Origin: Octopus sinensis
Taxonomy: Eukaryota
DNA: 64,000 nt
Assembly (NCBI RefSeq): GCF_006345805.1
Contig: NC_043007.1
Coordinates: 6,014,001 to 6,078,000, forward strand
Direction: 5' to 3'
The notes under the pieces were generated by a model. The model saw only the letters and a program-made list of their open reading frames with translations, made no database searches and was not told where the DNA came from. Below, in pieces: positions 1 through 30,273 of this stretch; position 1 is the stretch's first letter; each line of letters opens with the position of its first letter. The position numbers and the translations under genes are program-made.

Positions 1-325
1 TGCCTTAGGGTGGTGCATTCTATGCAGTCAACAATTTTTGCATTTTTCTGTCACGATTACATATTTCAGTAATTGCCCAGTTAACGATATTGAAACTGTA
101 AGTCACGACTGGTATGACTAAACTATTGATCGCTTCGACCTTGTTTCTTGCATTCAGCACTGACTTGAGTATTGTCATTACCCTGCGATAACATTCTCTT
201 CTGATCCTTTCCCTCATCATTGAATGCCTGATTCCGTCCCCTTCAATCACCCCTAGGTATGTGTAGCTCTCCGCTGGGTCTAATTCCTTTATGACATTCT
301 GCTGGCCAAGATTAACGCTGGATGT
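1..325 (-). mobile_element. R4/Dong-type (RLE) non-LTR retrotransposon RT fragment, 5'-truncated
   Basis: Minus-strand translation RECYRRVMTILKSVLNARNKVEAINSLVIPVVTYSF resembles the RT region of the elements at 21878-25290. It abuts a (TTG)n/(TTA)n tract. Confidence 0.75.
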
Positions 326-340
326 TTGTTGTTGTTGTTG

Positions 341-406
<66 letters not shown>

Positions 407-407
<1 letters not shown>

Positions 408-495
408 ATAGTCTTATTTTTACCAAGTGCTTTCACTGAACAACGGAGTGCAGCTCTGGGTGCCTTGGGTATATGCTGTGGTTTGTTGTGACCAC
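407..495 (-). mobile_element. 3' UTR end of an R4/Dong-type element joined to (TAA)n
   Basis: The sequence caatagtcttattttt..gtgctttcact..gcagctctgggtgccttgggtatatgctgtggtttgttgtga is similar to 23621-23707, the 3' end of a Dong-like element. Both are joined to a (TTA)n tract in the same way. Confidence 0.7.
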
Positions 496-515
496 AAAAT
501 GAAAGCAGTCCGACG

Positions 516-581
<66 letters not shown>

Positions 582-1251
582 TGTGAGCGGGTAGGTGTTT
601 GTGTGTGTGTGTGTGATTGTTACTACTGAAAATTAAAAGGAACCAACTAAATCAGAAATCCCTTTCGTGGAAAAGTAGGATTATTTTTTGCAATTATTTC
701 GACTAATTTCACAGGTAATTAAATGTACAGTAAAATAAAAAATGGAAAAAATAAAATTACGCCATATTAATCAAAATTGACTCGTCACTTGTGTTGAACG
801 ATTAATACAACTTACCTCCCTTAGTATTTCTTCGTGAAATCCATCTTTCACAAATGGCGTATATATTAAAGTTTGTTTTGTAAAGAAACATAACGCCTTG
901 GGAATATCCAACGATATTCTCAGGAGAATCTATTTTCCATCTCATCAAATGCACGGCTTTAAATGTCTCTTTTTCGCTAAAATTATAGGAGACTTGTTAT
1001 AAAAGAAATATTCAGACGATATCTCTTTTAGTTCCATATTTTTTTCTTTTTCTCAGATGACACAAGGCAACAGTTATGGCACTTTTTCTCCCAGGGCCTG
1101 ACTCTGGAGGGAGTTATCCTAATGAAGGAAGAATGGCTCGATGGAATATATTCTATCAAGCCATTTATATTTTATTTTAATTGTCGTTATCGTCGTCGAT
1201 CTTATAAGCATCATCATTATCCCTACCATTCACCTCCAGCATCTTCATCAA

Positions 1252-1448
1252 CATACATACACGCATACATACATACATACAACATATACATACATATACA
1301 TACATACATACACACATACATACATACATACATACATACACGCATACATACATACATACATACATACATACATACATACATACATACATACATACATACA
1401 TACATACATACATACATACATACATACATACATACATACATACATACA

Positions 1449-1480
<32 letters not shown>

Positions 1481-1787
1481 CATACATACATACATACATA
1501 CATACATACAACATATACATACATACATATACATACATACATACATACATACATACATACAACATATACATACATACATATACATACATACATACATACA
1601 TACATACATACACACATACATACATACATACAACATATACATACATACATACATACATACATACACACATACATACATACATACATACATACATACATAC
1701 ATACATACAACATATACATACATACATACATACATACATACATACAACATATACATACATACATACATACATACATACATACATACA

Positions 1788-1817
<30 letters not shown>
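1252..1817. repeat. Long (TACA)n microsatellite with interspersed variants
   Basis: Directly visible; it generates the HTYI/MYVC ORFs. Confidence 0.95.
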
Positions 1818-1818
<1 letters not shown>

Positions 1819-2225
1819 GAGGGTGGGCTGAAAAGTTCGTCTTCATATTACGGCAAAATCTGACATTGTTTCAGGCAGCTCCAGCTGGTTTCCTCGAACG
1901 TTCCCTAAGTCCGGATAAGTGTTGGGTTCATCGCTTTGAGCCAGAGACAACGCGACAATCCATGCAGTGGAAACACCCCCTCCTCACCTGCACCAGAAAA
2001 GACTCGAGTCGTTACATCAGCAGGGAAGGAGCGGCCTCAGTGTTTTGAGGATGTAAAGGGCATTGTGTCGGTTGACTATATTCTAAATGGCCACACCATC
2101 AATGGAGAGTAGTATGCAAACTTGCTGAGGTAATTACGAAAGTCTGTCAAGAGCAAATAATCAGAGAAAACTAAATAAAGGTGTCTTGTTTCATCAGGTG
2201 TTCCAGCGCACAAGTCCTTAATTTC
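1816..2225 (+). mobile_element. Degenerate mariner (Tc1/mariner) element fragment
   Basis: Begins with TA plus a TIR-like gagggtgggctgaaaagttc. It encodes the mariner-like WVHRFEPETTRQSMQWKHP..SAGK..ASVF..KGIVSVDY..GHTINGE*YANLLR, with frameshifts and stops. Confidence 0.8.
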
Positions 2226-4668
2226 AAGTTATCATATTTTATATTACTTTTAATTTCAAATTCAAATTCATTAGCAATGAAGTCCTTTATATGCTTCAAT
2301 AAATTATGTATTTGACCATTGTTAATTAAATTAAATTTATTACATAACACGTTTATTTTTCATTCCAATAAGCAGCAATTATTATCATTTTCATCAACTC
2401 AGGATCCACGGGACTTAAGGTGAGCCTGGTCACCGAATATTTTCGGGTCTTGCAATTTGTTATAGTTTGGTTGCGAATTCAAGATGATGATCATATTGTA
2501 GCTGTTGTCCCTTTTTATGAAATTGATAATTTTTTGCTTATAAAAAGGTAAACAATTTATTAATAATTGCAAGAAAATAAATTTTCATAAAAAATAATTT
2601 TATTTTAACTTTATTTTCCTAAAAACTCCAAATTCACTGGAAAGACTACAGACATTTCTGGCTGCGTCTCTTATGGGCAGCACTGAAGTCATGTAGTAAG
2701 GCTGTTCAGAAAAGGCATTGGTCAAAAGTGCTTATATTCTACAATTTATTTTAAAACTTTAATATTTAATAAAGTTATTTTTAACATGATATTTCACTTA
2801 AGTAATTTTAAATTTTATTATTAAAATTTTCTCTGTCAGCCTTATTTGCTTTATGCTTTTTTTGCTAATTTCTTTTTACTTGCTTTCCTTTTTCTATTTA
2901 CTTAATTATTTAATCAGGCTAGTTCATGTTATATGCTTCAGATATACACATCTAATTTTATTGGGGAAAGAATATAGTCATTTTTGGCTGTGTCTCTATT
3001 GGCAGACCTGAAGGCATTTAGTAAGTTTGTCCAAAAAATGCATTGTCGTAAAGTGGTTATATTCTAAACTTATTATTTAATATCATAACTAATTGAAAGG
3101 GATTTTCATATATCAATTTTTGTATTACGGGAATGTAGGTAATTCTCACTTTTGTATATCTTATAATCTTTCATAATTACATTTGTATTGAATCATTATT
3201 GACAGATCTAGATCAGCAGTAGTCGTTACTGTTATCACCAACTCAAAATCTTGGTTAATTCAGGTAAGCCTGGTAACTGATGGTTTTGGGGGGTCTTGCT
3301 GTTTGTAACACCGATTGGTAAGCCATAGTGCAACCTTAAAGATGGTAAAATACTCTGCCATTAATTTATTGTAGATGGATGATATCACTAAGTGTTAATC
3401 TTTGAAAGTTTATCAAATTCAATTTTCAATAATGTAAAATCTTTAAAAAAAGTGCCGGACAAGTTATAATATCTGGTAAAGTGCAGTACAAGAAAATATT
3501 TGCTTAAAATATTGCAGCTAAGGATAAAATTTGAATATTAAAAATTATTTGATTTTAATTTACAAAAGTAATATAATTAAAAAAAAAGATACTATCATTT
3601 TGATAAAATATTGACACAATAGAATATTTAAAAAATGAGAGCCCAGAGTAGCAAAATGGCTAAAGCGTTATGCAAAGTAGAAGAATTGGTGGGCAATTTC
3701 ATTATGTAAAAAAATTGGAATTTGGTTTAGACCAAGAATGTGAAGACTTGGCAAATAACTTACGCTCAGGCAAATTTTACTGTGAATTTGCTGTTACAGT
3801 AGATTTTACTGTAATATATATATATATATATATATATAATTTTTGTATTCTATTTATTGCACTAATTAATTACGTCGTATTATTAATTTTTATAACCTAT
3901 TTTCAAATTTCTAATTATTAATTAATGCAAAAAATATTTTGAGTTATTTTTAATATATTAATAGAAGTAACATGTAATAAATAAAATTAAAAACTTGTAA
4001 TATATTTTTTAGTTTTAATAAAAGCTAATATTCTCTAAATCTAAATATTTTATTTCAAATTTTATTCTTAGCTGCAATATTTTAAGTAAAAGTTTTCTTG
4101 CTCCAAACTTTATTAGATGTAATAACTTGTCCTGTACTTTTCCAGGTTTGTAATCTTAAGGATATTATTTCTCTTGCTCACATTTTTCTATGTAATAAAT
4201 TATCTCTGGAATAAAAGGATTTCTAAATGAAAATGAATGAAGGAAAAAAAATGCAGAGAAATACGTAAAGGAGCGCAGGACTCAGTATAGAGAAAGAAGG
4301 ACTAGGAGAGAGTGCAATATAAGAATATATAACAACAGAACACATTGCCTACACACACTTTACTTGTTCGGGTGAAAAGAAAACACGGAATGAAAATAGG
4401 AACATTGAAAAGAAGATATAACACTTTATTGTTTATTTCTTGTTTTATTGTTCATATATATAAATATATATATATATATCGTTTGTTAAAAATATTAATC
4501 CGAAAGTAGAAGCACACTCCAAGGTTTAGAGCAGTACATATTAAAAATGGGGAAGACCGGTTTATGGGATTACCTTCGGTTTCCCGTCCATAAAGGGCTT
4601 AACTTTATGGCGTATTGCATGATCCTAAAATCCTGTCGGCCGGGATCTGACGATACGCCATATATATG

Positions 4669-4757
<89 letters not shown>

Positions 4758-4772
4758 TCTTCTGTAGATTAT

Positions 4773-21255
<16,483 letters not shown>

Positions 21256-21877
21256 TATTTCTGTCAATGGATTATTTACAGTTTAGATGCAAATATTTCC
21301 GTATTTATTTTAATAAATATACTTTGATTTATCTTCACAATTGTCAACACTAGACTTCTGTTTGACGTGATCTTTCTCTCCTTGTTTCTAACACATCCGT
21401 TCTTTATACGTGTGCTTCTACAAGTGAGCATGTGTCTAGGTGTGCGCGTGGTTGTATTTATGTTTGATTATGACGCATCAATGTTTCAAATTTGCTTACG
21501 TGAAAGTGTGTGCATGTGTATTTTTATACATATACGTGCTTACATACATATATACATAAAGACATATAGACAAACACACATATATACACGAACATACGCA
21601 TGCACACACGCACACATGCACACACACATACACCCGCCTGCACACAGACTTCTCTCTTTCTCTCCCTCTCTATGTATGTATGTATCTACCTATCTAGTCA
21701 CGTATATACATGTAAACATACACACTCACACATATACATCTATATATATTTACACATATATATACACACACATATACATTCATACATACATACATAAATA
21801 CATACATACATACATACATACATAATACATACATACATACATACATACATACATACATACATACATACATACGTACA

Positions 21878-23551
21878 ATGGTACTACTACCACCTTTTCC
21901 AGTGACCAAAATTGCTTAACCTCCCACGCTAACCTGTTATATCTCTCGACTTTTCTTTCTTCCTTATCGCATACCTTGTTGTTAGCTGGGCATGCTATAT
22001 CTATGATCCAGCACGGTTTGCTTTCTTCCTCAATTAACACTATGTCCGGCTTCCTATCCTCCATCTCATTGTCGCATTGAATCATAAAATCCCATAGCAT
22101 CTTTGCATTATTATTTTCGATGATGCCTTCGGGCTTTTGTTCGTACCACTTTTTTGCTCTGTCAAGTCCATACATGTTGCAAAGTATCCAACAGACAATC
22201 CTTGCTATATTGTCATGACATCTCTTATATTCTTTCTGGGTTAGTGGCGTACATTGACTGGTAATCTGCCATACGGTTTCACCATTTTGTCCACAAATTC
22301 TGCACTTATCTCTTTCTGATATGTTGTCTGTTCTGTATTGGATGTAATTTGTTCTTAATGCTTGCTCTTAGGCGGCACAGATTAGAGCTTCCATTGCCGG
22401 TTTTAAATCACTTTTAGTCATCCATTGACAGCTATTTTCTCTGTCTTATCTTCAACATCCCTATGGAATTGTTCAATCATTCTTTTCTTTATTCACCTAT
22501 TTACAGTTTCATTCATTCTAAAGCAATTGTACAGTGCCTTATCTTTGCAATCTTCCATCCTACACAAGCCTGATCTTCTTACTTCAAATAATAGCGCTTC
22601 TGTAGCGTTTTTTACATACCATTCTATGTTGTTGTTTTCTTTTGCTCTAATGCTGTGTTCGCATCCAATCAGTCCTCTTCCCCCTCTTTTTCTTGATACA
22701 TACAGTCTGTCTGTGTCACGTTTTGGGTGGAGTGACCCATATCTAGTCAGCGACTTCCTTGTCTTTCTATGTAAACTGTTTAGTTCGTCTACTGTCCATG
22801 CGATTGCCCATGCTCCGTACTTAAGGAGTGAAACTACCCAGGTGTTGATAGCTTCAATCTTATTCCGTCCGTTTAATTTCGACTTAAGGATCAGTCTCAG
22901 TCTGCGCAAGTACTCCACCTTAAATTTTTCTGTCATTTCTTTCTCCACCAATTTATCCATTTTCAATATCCCCAAGTACTTATAACCCCATTCTTCTATC
23001 TGTTTCATAACCTCCCCCGACGTTATCGTTAGCCCGTCCAAACATTTGATTTTGCCTCTGTTCAAGACTAAGACACCACACTTTTTCAGTTCGAACTCCA
23101 TTCTGATATCAACACTGAAATTATACAGCGTATTAACGAGGGTACTAACTTAGGATTCCACTTTACCATTAAGTTTGAGGTCATCCATGAATAACAAATG
23201 TTTGACATTTTGTTGGCGGTTTTTTGAAATCATACCCAGCTTTTGCTTTCTTCAGAATCAGTGTTAGTGGTATCAAGCACAGTACAAAGATCAGTGGGGA
23301 CACGCAGTCCCCTTGGATGATGCTTCTCCTGATTTTTATTGTCACTAAACTTTGCTGTCACTTCTGTTCTCCATTTTGCCATACTTTTTCCAAGCAATCG
23401 CTCAACATTCGATGCAATCTCAAATAGGTTCATACACTCCATTATCCAAGAATTTGGGATCATATCGTACACCTTACGATAGTCGATCCATGACGTGGCT
23501 AAGTTAGTTTTCCTCCTCTTGCAGTCTCGAAGTACAGTTTTGTCTACCAGG
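21878..23551 (-). mobile_element. R4/Dong-type RLE retrotransposon, decayed
   Basis: RT motifs HLLFMDDLKL, KYLG and RLYVSRKRGGRGL, a C-terminal CCHC region, and the endonuclease motif KPDIVL..IIDIACP. Multiple frameshifts. Confidence 0.88.
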
Positions 23552-23552
23552 A

Positions 23553-23620
<68 letters not shown>

Positions 23621-23623
<3 letters not shown>

Positions 23624-25290
23624 TAGTTTTATTTTTATAGTGTGCTTTCACTTCACTACCGAGCGCAGTTCTGTGTGCCTTAGGTATGTGCTGTGATTTG
23701 TTGTGATGCTCTGATGGTTATTGTATGGAAAGTGTTCTGCGTAGGATGTGTGCAGTGCCTAGTAGTGCAATTTTCTGTATGTTATATGTGTTTGTAAGTC
23801 CTGGTGTTTTTGTTATGTATTTGTCTCTGAATATTTTTTATCATGCCTAATGCACCTACTATAATAGGAATTTTTCTGTTTTCAGATTCCACATTCTAGT
23901 TACCTCTATTCCAGGTCTTTGTATTTTGAGAGTTTCTCCATTTCTTTTAGAGACACGTTGTCATCTGCCGGTATTGATACATCAATTAGAAAGCATTTTT
24001 TTTCTTCATGATCTCTGACAACTATATCTGGTCCGTTGGCCTTAATTTCTCTATCTGTGTGTATCGGCATATCCCAGAGTATGGTTGCTTTCTCGTTTTC
24101 TGTGACCTTTTCTGGTGTGTGCCTATACCATCTTTTTTCTGTTGTTATTCCATAATGTTGGCATAGCTTCCAATGTATGTAGGTTCCAACTCTGTCATGT
24201 CTGTGAATATATTCCTTCTTAGCCAGGACTGGGCAGCTAGAGATAATATAATTTATTGTTTCTTGTCCATCTCCACATATTCTGCAGTTACTTGTAATAT
24301 TTCTTTTCATTACATGTTTTTGGTAATTTCTGGTGGGGAGGCTTTGGTCTTGTACTGCAATTAAAAATCCCTCTGCTTCTGCTTTGAGTCCTGAGCTTCT
24401 CAACCATTGCTGGGATTTTTCTTTGTCTATTTCTTTTGCGTTTAGTTTAGTCCAGTATTTACCATGAAGGGGCTTCTCTTGCCATCGTTCAATCATGGTT
24501 CGTTGCTGTTCTATTTTTAGTTTGGATTTCATTTGTTTTATAGCTTTTGTTGTTTCTTCATCTTCTTCTTCTTCTTCGTGTTTATTAGGTGGTATGATTT
24601 CTTGTTTGTATTTGTCACTTCTTAAATACTGAGAACAGTTTGTGTTTTGCTCGTGTTTTGCCGCTATCTGGATCAGTTTCCCTTCCTTCTGAAGTATATA
24701 TTTTGCAGTCCTATGGTGGTTATTTTATAGTAGTTTTCCAGCTGTATAAGGCCTCTACCCCTTCTATACGTTGTATATATAGTCTTTCTATGTCAGATTT
24801 TGGGTGATGCATCCTGATCCTGTCATTATTTTTCTTGTTTTCCTATCTATTTTGGTCAGTTCATTTCGGTCCATTAAGGATATTGTAGCTGTAACTTATA
24901 ACTGGGACAGCTAAAGTGTTGATACCTATATCTCTTGTTTTTACCATTGAGCTCTGTGTTTAGTATTGATCTAACTCGTCTATATATTCTTTTTTTATTT
25001 TCTCTTTCATTTGTGTGTTGTTGTGTCTTATCTAGTTCATAGATTCCTAAGTATTTGTAAGTTTGGCTTTGGTCTAATTCTTTTATTTCATTGGTTTTAT
25101 CTAGTGTGATGTTTTACTCTTAACTAGTTTTTCCTCTTTTCATGGTTACTTTGGCGCATTTTTCTAATCCAAATTTCATATCTATTTCTTTGGAAAATCC
25201 ATGAACTGTCTTTAATAGTGTTTCCAGCTGTTTGTCATTTGCAGCGTATAGTTTTAGGTCATCCATATATAAAAGGTGGCTGATTGTTTT
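23621..25290 (-). mobile_element. R4/Dong-type RLE retrotransposon with intact 3' end and (TAA)n junction
   Basis: HLLYMDDLK near the gap; ORF 23906-24532 carries CRICG..ET...I.SSC, HRHD and PDIVV..LIDVSIP. The 3' UTR ends at the (TAA)n tract at 23552-23620. Confidence 0.9.
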
Positions 25291-25390
25291 NNNNNNNNNN
25301 NNNNNNNNNNNNNNNNNNNNNNNNNNNNNNNNNNNNNNNNNNNNNNNNNNNNNNNNNNNNNNNNNNNNNNNNNNNNNNNNNNNNNNNNNN
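25291..25390. other. Assembly gap (100 N)
   Basis: Run of N. Confidence 1.
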
Positions 25391-25825
25391 TTACTTTATT
25401 AATTTGATATTACCCATGTGGATTGCAAAGTTTTTCTACTAAATTGGTTATTAAACAGTTGAAACAGTGAAAGATCGAATGCTTTCATTCTTACAAGAGG
25501 AACCTATTTTCCTTGTATTGGATCTTAAACCCACACCACACACACCACAACACACACAACACACACACATATATATATTATATATCTATATATATATATA
25601 TATATCTAGATATATATACCTATATATATAATCTATATATATATATATATAAATATTATACTACATACACAATGCAGGACTGAGGAAAAGGTACTTGATA
25701 TGTAAAATGTAAATATTACGTAAATTTTCACTTTGACTTTTTGCGTGAATCGGCGATGAAAGCAGATTTGGTACAGAAACAACTGTAACTGATGATTAAA
25801 TATGTGTTCAAATCATTCTTTGTCT

Positions 25826-25865
<40 letters not shown>

Positions 25866-26544
25866 TGTGTGTGTGTGTAACAATTGTATATAATATATAT
25901 TATAATGATAATTATTCTCCGACTTGAAGCGACAATTTTTAAATCTAAACAAATGACTGAAAAATGATGATCTAGCCTCAGGCTGAATCGAACTCACAAA
26001 TCGACGCTTTCATGGCTCCTTGCGAAACCGATTATCCAAACGCTCACTCATCAATTTCAGTCAAATTTAGTTAATATATAGTTAAACTGTCTTGATACTA
26101 CATAAACAATATTTTTGCAAATATCTTTGCGAGTTACGGAGTGAAAGCTACTATGGAAGGCTCATGGTATAATAACTCTATGATAATTGTACACAATATA
26201 TATCATAATGATATTTATCCTTCGAAGTGTAGCCTGCAGTATACACCTCGCTTGGATATTTACCAATGTTGAGATTCCGCTCGCTATGAAACATATGTAG
26301 CACGGATCTTATTTACTCCATTCCTTAACTCTTGTGTTCATATACGCAATCGCACACCCGGCAATCCTGGTCACCTACCGTGAAATATAAAAGGCACTTG
26401 TTTTCAGTTTATCGTAGTTCGATATGAAAAAATCCACAACCTTCCGTCTCAATAAACCAATATTGTCCCTGAAAATTGTGTTTTTTTTTTCTACGGATTG
26501 CTTGAAGCTAACTTTCTTCCTACACCTCGATTCCTGGACCTTAC

Positions 26545-26586
<42 letters not shown>

Positions 26587-26699
26587 TTATGTCCATACAT
26601 AATATATACATGCATACATACGTACATGCACGCACCCATACATACATACATACATACAACACATACATACATACATACATACATACATACATACATACA

Positions 26700-26733
<34 letters not shown>

Positions 26734-27873
26734 CATACATGCATGCATAAAGAAAATTCGGACCTCAGAACTCTCTGCATTCAATAAACAGTGGTCCACA
26801 ATGATTTTGCAGTGCCAGTACTTAAACGAAGATTTGGGCCACTTGATGAGATCCAAGCCATTGATGTGAAAACCCTAAAGAAAAAACTAACAAGCACACA
26901 TGATTTCCACATGGTTGAATTACAAGAAAGCATTCGAATCTGTTTCTTTCTGGATTATTCTAGGCACCTTTTGACTTGTTAGATTTCTAGAGTTTTCTTC
27001 AATGGGTTCTTAAAGCTATCAGACTTTTTATGATTGAGAGCAAAATGTCCCCTGTTCTCAACCTTTTCAATCTCGTCCACCCTACAATCTCATTTGATGT
27101 AGTCAATTGACAGAGGCCAACTACCCGCCTTTTGTGCTATTTACATGTACACCCACACCTTCAGGTTCTAAATTCATACACAATTTCCATTTCGCCAGAG
27201 TGTTCAGAAACAAACCACTTTTTCATCTCATCTCATCTAGTTTCAGCTCACGAGCTGTGGCCATGCTGGGGCACCGCCATTCGGTGTTGCTACCTGATTT
27301 TACTTCACGAATGCTTTTTAGCAATTGACTTATTATGTTCAGGACCGAATGAACAACTGCAACTCGTCTTTGCAAATATGGGATCCAGTACCGTGTCGAC
27401 AACATGTCACATTCACTTCCTGCAAAGTTGGTCAATAAAACTTCCTTAGTGACCAGCTTCAAGTTACCATCAACATAGTTACTAAATATTTAGATTCTTC
27501 CATTAAATAATTTCATGGTCACAACATGTTCTAAAGCTCTTCGTGAGTCTGCAAGTCAACCTTGATTGCTATTGATTTCTAAAAAACCCATAACTATATC
27601 CTGGTCCTAGGTGTAAGTTTGTTCTGTATAAATCATCGACATCGATTTATTTCGCTGATAACAAATGCTGATTATGCATTCGATAGATTTGCTTACTGGA
27701 GCGTAGACGAATGGATGCATGGATGAATGTTTGCGTGTCTCTGTTTTGAGTGTGTACGTACGTGCAAGTGCGTGCCTTTGTGCAAGTATTATATATACAT
27801 ATACATATATACATACACACACACATATATATGTTGTATATATATGTGTGTGTGTGTGTAATATATATGTATG

Positions 27874-27939
<66 letters not shown>

Positions 27940-28821
27940 GTATGTATATATGTGTATATATATATATATATATAAATATAAATATATATGCAGGTGTGGC
28001 TGTGTGACCAGGGTCTTGCTTCCCAATCGCATTGTTCCGAATTCAGTCCCACTGCGTGGCACCTTTAGCAAATGTCTTTTACGATAGCCTCGGGCCCATC
28101 AAATCGTTATAGGTGGATTTGGTAGACGGAAACTAAAAGAAGCTCGACATGTGCGTATGTATACGTGTGCACGTGTGTGTGTGTGTATTGCATCCGATCG
28201 TGGGGCTCTGATTCGGGAGTTTCAGGCTTTTGCCACTGTCATTCCCAGGTCTACTCACTCTAAGTAGTAATACTTGTCTGGGTCCCAGATATGGATTATC
28301 TAGCATATGTGACAATAATCCATCTGATCGCGGGGACGCAGATATACCTTCGGTTGGTGACAGGGCTTGCAGTAGAACCTCCGGGAGTGAGGGATCTTTA
28401 GCTGTTGTCACATCATTTTTTCTTGGAGAGGGACATTCTGATGTAATACCTGCGGTTTCATGTGATTACTAGTCATCTCTTTTCGGTCTGTCATTAAGCA
28501 CTAATCACGGTGACTCAAAATGTGGTGCCCGTGTTCTACAAGCGTTTATCACAGTTAATCCAATGGCGTACACACGTCTTTTTACGGTGATTTCATTTGT
28601 TATTCCTTCTGCTGGAAGACCTCCTGCGATGGAAGCATGGAGACGCACGCAAAGGTAACCTGTTCGAAACCCACAGTAAGTTACAACTTTTGTTAGTCAC
28701 CTATGCTTCAAGCCGCGCAGATATGCAGCAGAGCTGAATAGTCATCTAAGAGGTCATGGTTGGAAAGTCAGATATGTTACTGACAACAAAGAAATACAAG
28801 GAGACGGCAATAATCTATGAA

Positions 28822-28979
28822 CAGGGGCGGACTGAGCCATCGGTCAGTCGGGCACTGCCCGAGGGCCCGGAGCTCTGAGGGGCCCGCACTCTACATGTTA
28901 ACTCTGCTAAAACACACATTCAAAAGGGCACGGTAAACAGTTAAGCCTGAGAGCCCCTAATACTCTCAGTCCGCCCCTG
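28822..28979. mobile_element. hAT-type MITE
   Basis: 15-bp TIRs CAGGGGCGGACTGAG / CTCAGTCCGCCCCTG with a perfect 8-bp TSD tctatgaa (28814-28821, 28980-28987). Confidence 0.9.
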
Positions 28980-28992
28980 TCTATGAAGATCG

Positions 28993-29880
28993 AACGAGAT
29001 CTGACCAATAAGTATCTGGACTGTTGCCATAATAACGAAGCTACAGCACGCAGAGTAAAGCCACTTGGCACAAATTCACCCTGAACTCTGCTGTGCATAT
29101 GCACCAAGTTTAACGTTCTTGAACATTTCCGCTGTTTACAGCGGTGCTTGGAAGGGAGGTGTGTAGCGTGTGATCGTCGCATTGACCATGACAGAGAATG
29201 TTGTCATGGTGACAGCTACATGGAGGCCAACACAAAGTTGCAGAAAGTGTATGGAGAAGAGTGTATGTGCCGCACACAGAGGTACGAATGGTTCAGACGT
29301 TTCTAAGATGGCCGAAATAATGTCGATATTGCCGGATGTTCTGGGAGACCCACAACCAGCAGTATTGGTAAAAACATCGCAGATATGTGTGAGGGGAATC
29401 GTCGAATCACCATCTGTGAGTTATCAGAAAATGTGCAGATTAGTTACGGTTCAGTTCAGTCTATTATCACAGAAGGTTTAGGTATGTGATGCCTGTCTGC
29501 CAAGTTTGTGCCAAAACTATTTACAGCTGACCAAAAACACTCGGGTTTCCAGTTGCACAAGATCTCTTTGATTGTGTCGAGAACGATGAAAACATTTTGA
29601 AAACTTTGCGTAGGCCTCTGAACAGGAATCACCAAGATTTTGATAAAATTTGATGCAGGTTCTCTGCTCAACTTTCTCTGTCATGGTCAATGCGACGATC
29701 ACACGCTACACACGTTCCTTCCAAGCACTGCTGTAAACAACGGAAGCGAGACAGAACGTTAAAACTTAGTTCGCATGCACAGCAAAGTTTAAGGTCAATC
29801 TGTGTAGAGCAGCTTCACTCTGCGTGGTTTAGCTTCGTTACTATAGCAATAGTCCGGATACTTATTGATCGAACCAAGTA
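28993..29880. mobile_element. Mariner derivative made of two inverted 5' ends
   Basis: ~200-bp inverted arms, each leading into a transposase ATG. The plus-strand interior is LQKVYGEE..YEWFRRF*DGR..SGRPTTS..RRITICELSE..ISYGSVQSIITEGLGM..AKFVPK; the minus strand reads MTEKVEQRTCIKF. Confidence 0.82.
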
Positions 29881-30229
29881 AATCTATTAATATTTTGAGG
29901 TCGATTTTGGCTTTCATTTTTTGGAGTCGGTAAAATAAGTCGCAGTCGATGTAACCGGATTTACTGGCCTTGTGCAGAAATCGGACTCTAAAAGACGATG
30001 TTCCTAATGTTTTTCCTTTACTGTAATGAAAACGTTTAACATGGAATTGAAACTCTACCAAAATTCCTGTTATTTATTTTAAGATCTACTTACTCAGCAA
30101 ATATGATTTACCAGAACTTACAACAAATATTCAACCAGATTTAAGGTAAAACCAGATTACTGGAACGTGCAAATGTGCTTCGCGAGGATACAGCTTGGAC
30201 TCTAAATCCATACACATATGCGCGCGCGC

Positions 30230-30273
<44 letters not shown>

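Noticed and set aside
1040-1180. Possible plus-strand exon after the acceptor ttttttctttttctcag
   Set aside because: No recognisable protein, donor or partner exon can be established from this window.
1122-1863. HTYI/MYVC and YIYI ORFs here and at ~11300-11700, 15800-16150, 26400-26850, 27600-28080 and 54230-54880
   Set aside because: Microsatellite translations.
24540-25290. Dense frameshifts in the Dong-like RT suggesting programmed frameshifting
   Set aside because: They are single-base losses clustered next to the assembly gap, most simply explained as low-quality contig-end sequence or decay.
28133-28472. Non-repetitive ORFs on both strands
   Set aside because: No splice signals or recognisable motifs, and stops upstream. 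Likely decayed mobile-element sequence.
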